Under the pieces are notes generated by a model that was not told the origin of the DNA, ran no database searches, and was given only the letters and a program-made list of their open reading frames with translations. A stretch of DNA of 64,000 nucleotides, taken from the NCBI GenBank assembly GCA_964631415.1, contig CAZVZC010000001.1, positions 36,638 to 100,637 on the forward strand. Reading direction: 5' to 3'. A program made the position numbers and the translations under genes. How positions within the stretch are numbered: position 1 is the first letter of the stretch; every line of letters starts with the position of its first letter. Source of the DNA: an uncultured archaeon (lineage in GTDB: Archaea; Asgardarchaeota; Thorarchaeia; Thorarchaeales; Thorarchaeaceae). This document shows positions 27,465 through 36,650 of this stretch, piece by piece.

Positions 27465-28493
27465 CACTCCCGGCCCTCCAACCTCTCCTTCGATCTCGGC
27501 CTTCACACCGAGAATAAGATGAGCGACCCAGACGTTCGTTTCTAGGTGCGACGTGACTTCGGTCACCCCAATCCGACTATCTCCTGATGCCACAGCCATG
27601 TATGGCACCAACATGTCACTTAGGTGTGAATCAACAGCCTTTCCTGTGGAGAGCTCATGAATGAGCTGATGAGCTGCTTCCGAACCAACGTTCTCAGCAG
27701 TCTTGCCTCTCTCTCCCAAGTTATCAGAACCTAGCCTGACACCGTTCTCTGACTCTGCCCAGAGCACAATACCACTACCCGGCCCGAGATGCGGATCCTT
27801 GGCCTTGGGATATGCTTCTCGTGAGATATGGACTCTCTGAATGCTATGATCGCGTAGCACCTGTTCTGCAGATGCAGCCTGTCTCTCGGCCACATGGGAC
27901 GGAAGTTTCACACAGTGCGACACTCCGCCTATCTCCCTAAGGCTTCCGAACTCAATCAGGTCAAGTGGCGAAACCTCACTGACTGAGCTTGTCGTACACG
28001 AAACCCTGCCTCCTCCTGCAGGATAGTGACCACGCTGTTCCTGCACCAAGTTCACGACCGGCCCCATACGGCGAAGCGTGTACAGGAACACTTCACGTAG
28101 ATAATCGACAGGAGGGCTCCAGGCGACATCAGTGCCGCCGACTAAGTGAAAGCTGATAGGTTCGCCAGACAGGATTGCAGGCGGCAGAATCGCCTGAAGA
28201 ACAAGCGATATTGACCCTGCAGTTCCAACATCGAAGGTGAAATCGCCGCCGCCTCTCCGGACGGGTTCAAACCGGACTTCAGTGCTACCCACTTTCAGAC
28301 CGCTGACTCTTGCCTTAACGATTCTTGCAGCCAGTTCTACCCCTGCGATATGCTGGCTCTTCAGGCCGGGATCGGGCCTGTTTGCGCGTATGTTGAATAT
28401 TCTCACCGGTTGCATAGCAAGTGCTGACAGCGAAACTGCTGTGCGCAGTATTTGCCCACCACCCTCACCATGGGAACCATCAATGTCAATCAT
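27423..28493 (-). CDS. rtcA: RNA 3'-terminal phosphate cyclase
   Basis: IDGSHGEGGGQILR, GGTDV, RGHYPAGGG, DSHLSD catalytic His. Confidence 0.96.
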   Translation of the reverse strand: MIDIDGSHGEGGGQILRTAVSLSALAMQPVRIFNIRANRPDPGLKSQHIAGVELAARIVKARVSGLKVGSTEVRFEPVRRGGGDFTFDVGTAGSISLVLQAILPPAILSGEPISFHLVGGTDVAWSPPVDYLREVFLYTLRRMGPVVNLVQEQRGHYPAGGGRVSCTTSSVSEVSPLDLIEFGSLREIGGVSHCVKLPSHVAERQAASAEQVLRDHSIQRVHISREAYPKAKDPHLGPGSGIVLWAESENGVRLGSDNLGERGKTAENVGSEAAHQLIHELSTGKAVDSHLSDMLVPYMAVASGDSRIGVTEVTSHLETNVWVAHLILGVKAEIEGEVGGPGVLRIRGMGFTLGQR

Positions 28494-28649
28494 ACTGGCT
28501 CACTTGTAGGCGAAAGGATGTGTCGGTGGTTAAGGCCTTTGGTGCTGAAACTGCAGCAAACGAGAAGTAGAGTTGTTTGACGTTCGCTGACTTGTGCACG
28601 AGGTCCCAACGCTTATTTGCCATTTGAGTCACAAGTCGAACGGATTGAG

Positions 28650-29171
28650 ATGCGGTCACTGTTTGTAGGGCGTTTTCAGCCGTTACACAAGGGTCACATA
28701 TACACTGTCAAACAGATAATCGACAGGGGCGAAGACCTAGTCATTGCCATAGGCAGTGCTCAGTACTCCCATACTCCTGACAACCCCTTCACAGGAGGTG
28801 AGAGGCTGATGTTCTGGAAACGCGCCATCATAGATGAAGGCCTCCCGCTTGAGCGTATTGACATTGTACCAGTGCCTGACATCGGTATCCATCCACTGTG
28901 GGTTTCGCACCTCCGGTCATTAGTACCGCATTTCGACATGGCATACAGTCACAACCCCCTTGTCAGGAGGCTTCTGAAAGATGCTGGGTTCGAAGTGGCC
29001 GAAACCGGGCTTCTTGAGCGAGGAACGTACAGTGGCAGGCACATCCGGGATCTGATGAGATGGGGCGGCGAATGGGAACCCCTCGTACCTGAGGGAGTAG
29101 TAGAGATAATCAAGCGGCTCCAGCTTGACGAGCGTGTCAGGGAGATTGGTGAGGCCACAATCACGCGATGA
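28650..29171 (+). CDS. nadM: Nicotinamide-nucleotide adenylyltransferase
   Basis: GRFQPLHKGH, IGSAQ, NPFTGGER, SGRHIR; start ATG 28650. Confidence 0.94.
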   Translation: MRSLFVGRFQPLHKGHIYTVKQIIDRGEDLVIAIGSAQYSHTPDNPFTGGERLMFWKRAIIDEGLPLERIDIVPVPDIGIHPLWVSHLRSLVPHFDMAYSHNPLVRRLLKDAGFEVAETGLLERGTYSGRHIRDLMRWGGEWEPLVPEGVVEIIKRLQLDERVREIGEATITR

Positions 29172-29183
29172 AGGCCACAATCA
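29152..29183 (+). repeat. 12-bp direct repeat AGGCCACAATCA x2
   Basis: Copies at 29152-29163 and 29172-29183, straddling the nadM stop. Confidence 0.7.
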
Positions 29184-29322
29184 GTATGACTTAAATACTG
29201 AAAGCAGAGGACTCTCCATTGGTGAACGAGCAATGCTAGGTGAGCGCGTTCCGCACTATCAATAGAGCGCTTCTGAGTCCTAGCCAGTTTCTCGCACTTC
29301 AGTCAAATCAGAGGATACCAAA

Positions 29323-30807
29323 ATGAGCGACAGTGAAACCCGTGGGGCTGAGGCTGAGGTAATATTCCACATCAGCAAGAAGAACCGGTTTCCAGACTGG
29401 TATGGAGAAATATGCAGAGTTGCAGAATTGGCTGACATAAGGTATGGTGTGAAGGGCTTCACTCCGTTCCTGCCATGGAGCGTCATGACCATGGAGGTCA
29501 TGTTCGACATTCTTGAGAGGGTCCTGCAACGCAAGGGGCACCTGCCAATGTTGTTTCCGAGTGTCATTCCAGAGAGCAGTCTGACAAAAGAAACCGAGCA
29601 TGTGCAGGGCTTCACTCCGCAAGTGTTCTGGATAAGCGAGTTCGGTGAGGGTGTGAAGCTGGAAGAGCGGCTTGCTCTGAGACCGACAAGCGAGACCGCG
29701 ATATACCCTATGTACTCCTTGTGGATTCGGAGCTGGCGTGACCTGCCTCTCAAGAGATACCAGCGGTGTACAGTGTTCAGGTCGGAGGTCAAGAGTACTA
29801 GGCCATTCCTCAGGGGCCGTGAGTTCCTGTGGATTGAGAGTCATAATGTATTTGCTACGCACGAAGAGGCTCTGGCACAAGTCAGGGAAGACCTTGAAAC
29901 CACTAAGGAGGTCATCACGGAGGAGTACGGCATCCCGGTGATGGTGTTCAAGCGCACTCAATGGGACAAGTTCCCAGGAGGGGTGAACACATACGCCGCA
30001 GATACACTCATGCCAGATGGAAAGGTGCTGCAGCTGCCTTCCACGCACGATCTGGGGGACAACTTCGCCAGGTCGTTTGATGTGAAGTACGTGAACAAAG
30101 ACAATGAAACAGTATACGCGTTTCAGACCTGCTACGGTCCTGCCATCTCCCGAATCTACGGCGGTATGATATCAGTCCACGGGGATGATAACGGTCTCAG
30201 GTTGCCCTTCAAACTGGCGCCATATCAAGTGGTAATCGTGCCAATATTCAAGGGCAAGAACATTGACGAGGTGCTGCAATACTGCCGCGGTATTGAGTCC
30301 TCGTTCAGAGATGCTGGTATCAGGGTCTATCTCGATGACCGCGACTCCACGCCCGGTTGGAAGTACAACTACTGGGAGATGAAAGGAGTCCCAATCAGAG
30401 TTGAGGCCGGACAGCGTGAAGTAAAGCAGCGGAAGGTCGCAGTCTTTCGCAGAGACAGAATGAGTAGGGAAACAGTCGGTCTTGAAGGGCTGACAAAGAG
30501 AGTGACGGCCCTTGGCTCCGAGATAGATCGTGCGCTTAGATCCGAGGCTGAGGCGAGGTTCGAGGGTCTAGTAGTCGACGCAGAGTCGCTAGGCCAAGTT
30601 GAGGACGCCCTAGACAAGGGAAAGATTGCACGAGTCCCATTCTGTACGAGCCAGATTGATGGGATGAGCTGTGGCGAGGAAATCAAGAACAAGACTGGTG
30701 GCGAGGTCCGTGGCACAAGAATCGACGTCGAGGAGAAACCCACAGGTGTCTGCGTCGTTTGCGGCAAGGTCGCACAGGAGTTTGTCTATGTGGCACGCTC
30801 ATACTGA
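29323..30807 (+). CDS. proS: Proline-tRNA ligase (archaeal/eukaryotic type)
   Basis: RPTSET, FLRGREFLWIESH, PGWKYNYWEMKGVPIRVE, C-terminal Zn site and ARSY. Confidence 0.97.
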   Translation: MSDSETRGAEAEVIFHISKKNRFPDWYGEICRVAELADIRYGVKGFTPFLPWSVMTMEVMFDILERVLQRKGHLPMLFPSVIPESSLTKETEHVQGFTPQVFWISEFGEGVKLEERLALRPTSETAIYPMYSLWIRSWRDLPLKRYQRCTVFRSEVKSTRPFLRGREFLWIESHNVFATHEEALAQVREDLETTKEVITEEYGIPVMVFKRTQWDKFPGGVNTYAADTLMPDGKVLQLPSTHDLGDNFARSFDVKYVNKDNETVYAFQTCYGPAISRIYGGMISVHGDDNGLRLPFKLAPYQVVIVPIFKGKNIDEVLQYCRGIESSFRDAGIRVYLDDRDSTPGWKYNYWEMKGVPIRVEAGQREVKQRKVAVFRRDRMSRETVGLEGLTKRVTALGSEIDRALRSEAEARFEGLVVDAESLGQVEDALDKGKIARVPFCTSQIDGMSCGEEIKNKTGGEVRGTRIDVEEKPTGVCVVCGKVAQEFVYVARSY

Positions 30808-30905
30808 GTGTTGTTTCTCTCTGCAGAGTTGCTGTGACTTGGAGTAAGGCTTTAAGGAGGACCCTTCTGAGGGGAGAAGACAGTCTTGGCTCAGGGGTAT
30901 CGAGA

Positions 30906-33092
30906 GTGAGCGTTTCAAACATCTCGGACATTCCAGGCGTTGGCGACAAGATCAAGAAGGCACTGATAGACCACTTCGGGAGTGAAGCAGTTGCTCTGAA
31001 GGTGATACTGGACTCTCGTGTAGACTTGGTTTCAGCCGTACCAGGCATTGGGGACAAGCAAGCAGTCAACATCGTGAAGGCCGCTTTCGAAGCTCAGTTC
31101 GGGGCAAGTGCCAACATGATTCTTCGGAGCCCAGACCTGAGAAAGATTTTCGATTCAACTATGGACATAATCCGAAGCTATGCCAACACGGGCTATGCCA
31201 AGGACAAGCTTCTCCTTTACTTCCCTCTGCCTCCGGAGAAACTTGATGTGATACTCGAGCGGCAGAGGTACTTCAGTGATGCCGCAGACATGGCCCGGAA
31301 ACTGAGTCCTGAGCAACGCGAAACCCTGAGGAGTCTGCTTGGGCAAGTCCGTGGACTTCACAAGAAGGTCCAGCAACGAAGGTTGGAAGGACGGGTAATA
31401 ATCACAGACGACGACAAGGTGTTTGACACACTTGTCAAGGATGGTGTTGACAAGTGGTGTCCTGTGTATGTCCTCTCTCAGGGAGAGAGTGGTGCTGACT
31501 ATGCTCAGGGCTATGATCTCGTGATGTTCATCTCACCCACAGGCACCTATGACGAGTCCATTGACGCGCTTGACAATGTGGAGATTTTGGGCAAGGGATG
31601 GACAGCTGATGACGTTCTTCCCGAGAGGACTGTAGGCTTCTATGGCAAGAACTACAGAGTGATTGACGCCGCATGCAAGCTAGCGAAGGAGTTTGGCTCA
31701 TTCCCATCTAATGACTCGGTCAGGACCTTCTTGAAGGGGCTAGATTTTCAGAAGCTAGAACAAGCAGGCGAGGTACTGAAATGCTTGGACGAGGAGGGTG
31801 ATGTCGCAGAGGGCGTGGATCCCGAGCTTGACAGATACAGGAAGGCTGTCAAGGCGTTCCCGACTGCAATAGCAGAGATCGAATCTTGGCTCAATGAAGA
31901 AATCACTTCGAGAATCTCGAAGAGCCAAGTCACTCTCGGGGGTCAGCAGATAATAAGCATCCTGCAGTCTGCAGATGTCGAAGGAGCTGATGCCAGTGTA
32001 CTCAGAAACATGCTGCCCGCTGAGATAGTCGAAACATTCACTCACACTGTCCAAGAGGCCGAGGACAAGCTGGTTCAGACGCTAGGCTTGAACCCGAAGG
32101 AAGCAGACTGGGTGACAGGGGTAATCGGTGAGGAGATAACTCTGCCTGTCAAAATGGTGACGGTCAGCATAAACGAACTCGAGGACAGGTTGAGACGGAT
32201 TCTGGCCGAGCGCAAGTTCAAGCTGATGAAGAAGTTCGCTGGTCAGCTTGACAAGCTGAAGACCGTCGTGACTGACGCAGTTCAGACCCTTCTGGAGTTC
32301 GACCTTTTTCTTGCTGTCGGGTTGTTTGCATGTGACTACGAGCTTCAGACCCCTGACATATCCGGGGACTACAATGGAGTGGGAGTTCAGGGCGCGCGCA
32401 ATCTCTTCCTTGTCGAAAACATGTTGAAGGGAAGACATGGACCAGTCCAGCCGATTGACTATGCCATTGGAGAAACCCCGTTTAGACCAAAAGGCACCAA
32501 CGGCGAGAACTGCGCTGTTCTCTCCGGAGCCAATAGTGGTGGAAAGACAACGACAATACAGACTCTTGCTCAAGTAGCGACTTTGGCACAGACAGGTCTG
32601 CCTGTTCCTGCGAGGAAGGCATACGTCAAGGTGTTCGAAGAGATATACTTCTTCTACAAGAGCCGAGGTGTGGTCAGTGCAGGTGCGTTTGAAACCACTT
32701 TGAAGCAGTTTGCAGACATTGTGGTTTCTGACAAGTCTAAGCTGGCTCTGTTTGATGAAATCGAAGCAATCACAGAGCCCGGCAGCGCGGCGAATGTGAT
32801 AGCCGGGCTGATTGAGATCCTGCAGCGGGACCCCAAGAGTTGCACTGTTATCTGCAGCCATTTGGCCCGTGAGATAAAAGAGGTCACCAATGTGCCAGTG
32901 AGGATAGACGGCATAGAGGCCCGAGGTCTCGATGAGAGCCTCGAACTGATAGTGGACAGAACTCCCCGGTTCGGTGTGATTGCGCGGAGCACACCCGAGC
33001 TGATTGTCGAACGACTTGCCAAGCTCTCCAAGGGTGAGAGGAAGGACGTCTACCTGAAGATTCTCGACAAACTGGGTAGAGCACATTCATAG
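30906..33092 (+). CDS. Archaeal MutS5-like ATPase with N-terminal helix-hairpin-helix motifs
   Basis: IPGVG and VPGIG HhH, SGANSGGKTT, SAGAFETTL, LFDEIEAITEPG, CSHL; start probably GTG 30906. Confidence 0.88.
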   Translation: MSVSNISDIPGVGDKIKKALIDHFGSEAVALKVILDSRVDLVSAVPGIGDKQAVNIVKAAFEAQFGASANMILRSPDLRKIFDSTMDIIRSYANTGYAKDKLLLYFPLPPEKLDVILERQRYFSDAADMARKLSPEQRETLRSLLGQVRGLHKKVQQRRLEGRVIITDDDKVFDTLVKDGVDKWCPVYVLSQGESGADYAQGYDLVMFISPTGTYDESIDALDNVEILGKGWTADDVLPERTVGFYGKNYRVIDAACKLAKEFGSFPSNDSVRTFLKGLDFQKLEQAGEVLKCLDEEGDVAEGVDPELDRYRKAVKAFPTAIAEIESWLNEEITSRISKSQVTLGGQQIISILQSADVEGADASVLRNMLPAEIVETFTHTVQEAEDKLVQTLGLNPKEADWVTGVIGEEITLPVKMVTVSINELEDRLRRILAERKFKLMKKFAGQLDKLKTVVTDAVQTLLEFDLFLAVGLFACDYELQTPDISGDYNGVGVQGARNLFLVENMLKGRHGPVQPIDYAIGETPFRPKGTNGENCAVLSGANSGGKTTTIQTLAQVATLAQTGLPVPARKAYVKVFEEIYFFYKSRGVVSAGAFETTLKQFADIVVSDKSKLALFDEIEAITEPGSAANVIAGLIEILQRDPKSCTVICSHLAREIKEVTNVPVRIDGIEARGLDESLELIVDRTPRFGVIARSTPELIVERLAKLSKGERKDVYLKILDKLGRAHS

Positions 33093-33139
33093 TGTTTCTG
33101 TGGCGTATGCTCATCTTTACCTAGCAGGGAGGATATACA

Positions 33140-33712
33140 TTGAAGCATGTCTTGGTGTTCGGTGACACTCATATTCCGAAGCGCCGGGACTCCATACCCC
33201 CAGCTTTCTTTGAACACATTCGTACGAGCAATTACGACTTGGCCCTCATCACAGGTGATCTCGTGCGGGAGAGTGACATGAGAAAGGCGATGCCTCTGTT
33301 GCCCCACTGCGTCATAGTTCGTGGCAACATGGACCTAGAAATGAAATACAATCTGCAGGAATTGGTCCAGATTGACGACTTCCGCATTCTTCTGCTCCAC
33401 GGCACTGAAGTAGACCCACGCGGGGATCTTGCCCAGCTTGGGGAGATTGCTCGTGAGGGCAATGCCGATGTTACTGTCCACGGTCATACACATGAAGAAG
33501 CGATAGACCTGCTTGAGGGAAGGCTGTTCCTGAATCCGGGAACGATCTCAGGCTCTACAGGCGGCTGGGCGGGACGAGTAGATGCGAGTTTCATGGAGCT
33601 TGTCGTATCACCCGGTCACATGGGGGTTACTCTCTATCACACAGACTGGATCGAAACTAGAGAATCGGAAACTGCCTATCTCAAGACCAGCAAAGGAGTA
33701 TCCAAGGCATGA
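33140..33712 (+). CDS. Vps29/MJ0936-family metallophosphoesterase
   Basis: GDTHIP.R, TGDL, VRGNMD, LLHG..V.PRGD, GHTH, NPG. Confidence 0.88.
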   Translation: MKHVLVFGDTHIPKRRDSIPPAFFEHIRTSNYDLALITGDLVRESDMRKAMPLLPHCVIVRGNMDLEMKYNLQELVQIDDFRILLLHGTEVDPRGDLAQLGEIAREGNADVTVHGHTHEEAIDLLEGRLFLNPGTISGSTGGWAGRVDASFMELVVSPGHMGVTLYHTDWIETRESETAYLKTSKGVSKA

Positions 33713-33723
33713 ATGAAACTCGG

Positions 33724-34371
33724 CTACTCTTCATCGCTCTTCTCGGTATTCAATCCCCAAGGATCAGGACTCAACAGACCCGTGAATAGCCGTTTGAGCA
33801 CGTTCACACTCTCAGCCAGTGCTGCACTAATGACTTTTTCATTGAGCACACCTGTTTCAGCTGTTCCGGAACCCAAGTTCTGTGTAAGAGGCGCGTCATA
33901 TCGTGCACGTGAGGAGGAACCGGCAGTCTTTGTCACTGGACTTAGTGACTTGGCCGCCTGCTCTATCTCCTCCACTGGGGAAACGTCACGGCTGAATCTG
34001 AGCCGCTTGAAGAAGTACATGAGGGTCTGTTTGACCGCTGACCCTGTCAAGGACTCATCTCCAAGCTTCGATACTAGGTTCAATGCCCCGTGTTTCAGTT
34101 GTTCCCCTACGATGGTCTGTATCCTTTCCGCAAACGTCCGGTCCCTACCGCAGGCTATACCAATGGCAATCAGGAGCATTCGTATTCTGTCAAGAAAGAC
34201 ACCCGAATCAGGGGCTGTGTTCGTGTGTCCCCTCATGGATGCGCGCCAGTCATCGTATGCCTGACTTATTCTCTCAAGCTGGTTTCTGTATCCAGTAAGC
34301 TTCTGGAGGTCCTCGAATGGTATCAACGGACACCATACCGGAGCGGAGTCGCGATTAGGTTCGGGGGCCAT
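33724..34371 (-). CDS. Hypothetical protein
   Basis: 215-aa ATG-started ORF filling the gap, helical amphipathic pattern; no recognised motif. Confidence 0.6.
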   Translation of the reverse strand: MAPEPNRDSAPVWCPLIPFEDLQKLTGYRNQLERISQAYDDWRASMRGHTNTAPDSGVFLDRIRMLLIAIGIACGRDRTFAERIQTIVGEQLKHGALNLVSKLGDESLTGSAVKQTLMYFFKRLRFSRDVSPVEEIEQAAKSLSPVTKTAGSSSRARYDAPLTQNLGSGTAETGVLNEKVISAALAESVNVLKRLFTGLLSPDPWGLNTEKSDEE

Positions 34372-34602
34372 AGGGATGTTCGGTATGGTCGAGCATTATG
34401 AGTCTTTGGCGTACGTTGCTCCTTTCTGTTCATGAGCGTAGTTCCTTGGTGCATGAATCAGTTTGCGTTAGCTGAATCTTTTCTAATCATGTGGATACTC
34501 AACTGGCACCGATGAACATGAGAAAGGAAACCATGACAAAGGAGGTCGTGAGCATCCTCGGCGAAGGTAAGTGTTCTCTTGGACAGAGAGAAGAGAGAAT
34601 AG

Positions 34603-34708
34603 TGGCGCCGCCGAGAGGGCTCGAACCTCTGACCAACAACTGTCTGGCGTTCGCTTTGATTAGCAGAACGGTAACAGGCTGTCGCTCTGCCGACTGAGCC
34701 ACGGCGGC
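34603..34708 (-). tRNA. tRNA-Asn(GTT) with canonical 30-nt intron (34642-34671), encoded CCA
   Basis: Acceptor GCCGCCG/CGGCGGC, D-arm GCTC/GAGC, anticodon stem ACAGC/GTTGT, T-arm AGAGG TTCGAGC CCTCT. Confidence 0.93.
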
Positions 34709-34814
34709 CTTCTTGCGAGGTCCTGACCACGGTCACACAATATTAAGATTGCTGTCTAGTTCGATAGGCTGGGTCCAGCTTTGAGCTGGCAACCGGTTAC
34801 TCCTCTGCGTGAAC

Positions 34815-35570
34815 TCAAGCGAACAGGTTATCGAGCAGCATCATCACGACAAAGCCGATCATCAGACCCACAGTGGCGGCTCTCTCAAAGCCTCCAGCGT
34901 GACTCTCAGGAATCATCTCATCACTCACGACAAAGACCATTGCTCCAGCCGCAAACGCCAGTCCGTACGGGAGCAGAAATGCAGAGAGTGTGACAACTGA
35001 CACTCCAATCAAGCCTCCAATGGGCTCGACAAGGCCCGTAAGCAGTGCATAGGTCGCTGCTCTCCACTTGGAGTACCCCTCTCTCACGAGTGGCATGGCT
35101 ACTGCAAGACCCTCAGGCACGTTTTGCAGACCGATAGCAGTCGCGAGTGACATGGCAGTCCCAATGTTCTGTGAGCCGAAGGCCACACCGACAGCAAGCC
35201 CCTCTGGGAAATTGTGGATAGTTATTGCAAGAACTAGCAGCCATGTACGAGACATGGTTGAGGAAGGCCCCTCAAGTCGTCTGTTCGGGTGTTCATGCGG
35301 GACGTACATATCGGCCAAGTGCACGAACAGTCCTCCCAGCAAGAAACCTGTTGCAGCAACGTAGACTCCCCCGGTGTCCATTGCTGGAATGAGAAGACTG
35401 AACGATGAAGCGGCGAGCATAACCCCTGCTGCGAGTCCCAGCATGAGATCAAGTGTCCTTCTGCTGAAACTCCTGCCAAGCAGAATGGGGATGGCACCTA
35501 ATCCTGTCGCCGCACCTGCGAGAAGGCTGCCTAGGAAGCCATTTGATATCACATCGGACAAGAACTGCAT
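34815..35570 (-). CDS. zupT: ZIP-family metal transporter (ZupT/GufA)
   Basis: AAGVMLAAS, IHNFPEGLAVG, QNVPEG, AFAAGAM, EMIPESH; real start ATG 35570 because the upstream frame runs through a tRNA. Confidence 0.93.
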   Translation of the reverse strand: MQFLSDVISNGFLGSLLAGAATGLGAIPILLGRSFSRRTLDLMLGLAAGVMLAASSFSLLIPAMDTGGVYVAATGFLLGGLFVHLADMYVPHEHPNRRLEGPSSTMSRTWLLVLAITIHNFPEGLAVGVAFGSQNIGTAMSLATAIGLQNVPEGLAVAMPLVREGYSKWRAATYALLTGLVEPIGGLIGVSVVTLSAFLLPYGLAFAAGAMVFVVSDEMIPESHAGGFERAATVGLMIGFVVMMLLDNLFA

Positions 35571-35641
35571 GGCTGTTCTCCGCTCGTCGCTGCAAACCGT
35601 CAAGGAGTATAAGACAGTTGTCCAACTGTCATAGTGGGTTG

Positions 35642-35747
35642 TGGTGGGCCCGGGGGGACTTGAACCCTCGGCGGGCAGGTTATGAGCCTGCTGCTTACGG
35701 CGCTCGCTCAAAGGCGAGTGAACTCTACCAAGCTGAGCTACGGGCCC
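35642..35747 (-). tRNA. tRNA with CAT anticodon, most likely tRNA-Ile2 (agmatidine type), with 29-nt D-arm intron (35696-35724, position 22/23)
   Basis: Acceptor GGGCCCG/CGGGCCC-A-CCA typical of archaeal Ile, anticodon stem GCAGG/CCTGC with loop CTCATAA; removing the intron restores the GCTC/GAGC D-stem. Confidence 0.88.
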
Positions 35748-35985
35748 CTGTCGCTAGCGGTTCGGCAGACAATTGCCGCTGCAATCGTGATATTAACGTT
35801 ACGAAAGTGGGCGCCTGGCTGACCGGTCTGGATGCTGCTTCAGTCTGCCCTGTGCCGTGTCTTGCGTGCGGTGCAGGCCATACGCAATGAGGATTGCATA
35901 ATCTCTGGCGCGAACTCCGCCTGTCTTGTTCCGACTTTATATGAATGAGTCAACACTATGAGAAAAGCCGACTCTGGTAACTCGA

Positions 35986-36447
35986 ATGATTCTCCTATTC
36001 ACCTCCGAACATTGCACCATGTGTGACATGGTCAAAGACATGCTGGAAGAAGAGAAGGGTACTCTGTGCGATGGCACCACTATATACGAGGTGAACGTGG
36101 AGAAGCACCATCACATTGCAGAGGTCTATGGTGTTGTGATGGTGCCCACGCTTGTAGCGGGCTCTAGTGTGCTTTCAGGTATACCGTGTCCGAACGAACT
36201 GAGGTCGTTTCTTCTCCAAGCTGCCATTGGCAGTCATTTCTACGATGAAGACGAAGAGGTGGGATCTGTCTTGATTCCAGTGATTCATCTGCAACAGGTG
36301 AAGCCCTCTTCGAAGGCTGGCAACGCTCGCAAGATACCGAAGCCAAGACGCACGCCGGCCGCAGACCAACACGGAAGTCTAGCAGAAACTACAATTCTCG
36401 AAGAGTCCGAAGAGCAGGAGCCGCCAGAGCCTACGCTCCGCCACTGA
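35986..36447 (+). CDS. Thioredoxin-like protein with low-complexity C-terminal tail
   Basis: FTSEHCTMC (CxxC), cis-Pro motif VPTLV, acidic and Pro-rich tail. Confidence 0.8.
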   Translation: MILLFTSEHCTMCDMVKDMLEEEKGTLCDGTTIYEVNVEKHHHIAEVYGVVMVPTLVAGSSVLSGIPCPNELRSFLLQAAIGSHFYDEDEEVGSVLIPVIHLQQVKPSSKAGNARKIPKPRRTPAADQHGSLAETTILEESEEQEPPEPTLRH

Positions 36448-36509
36448 GTGGTACTGCTGTCATTTCTGCATAACCTTAATAACCGCTTCAAGAAGTCCGG
36501 TGCGTCTGG

Positions 36510-36618
36510 GCCCCGGTGGTGTAGTCCGGTCCAGCATCGCGGACTTTCGATCCGCAAACCCGGGTTCAAAAGAGGTTATGATTCTCCATCTCTCCTGAGA
36601 TTCCCGGCCGGGGCACCA
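36510..36618 (+). tRNA. tRNA-Glu(TTC) with 31-nt T-loop intron (36571-36601, position 59/60), encoded CCA
   Basis: Acceptor GCCCCGG/CCGGGGC, anticodon stem GCGGA/TCCGC with TTC at 36546-36548, T-stem CCGGG/CCCGG, BHB helix TTCA/TGAG. Confidence 0.93.
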
Positions 36619-36650
36619 ATGTCTTCTGGGAAACGACGTGGTGCTCTGTA

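Noticed and set aside
32082-33086. 334-aa antisense ORF
   Set aside because: Shadow of the MutS5-like gene on the opposite strand; no motifs.
35571-35711. N-terminal extension of the ZIP transporter in the ORF track
   Set aside because: Runs through the tRNA gene; the real start is ATG 35570.
35974-35985. Possible third CTG start upstream of the thioredoxin
   Set aside because: An in-frame ATG at 35986 gives an adequate N-terminus and there is no SD before the CTG.
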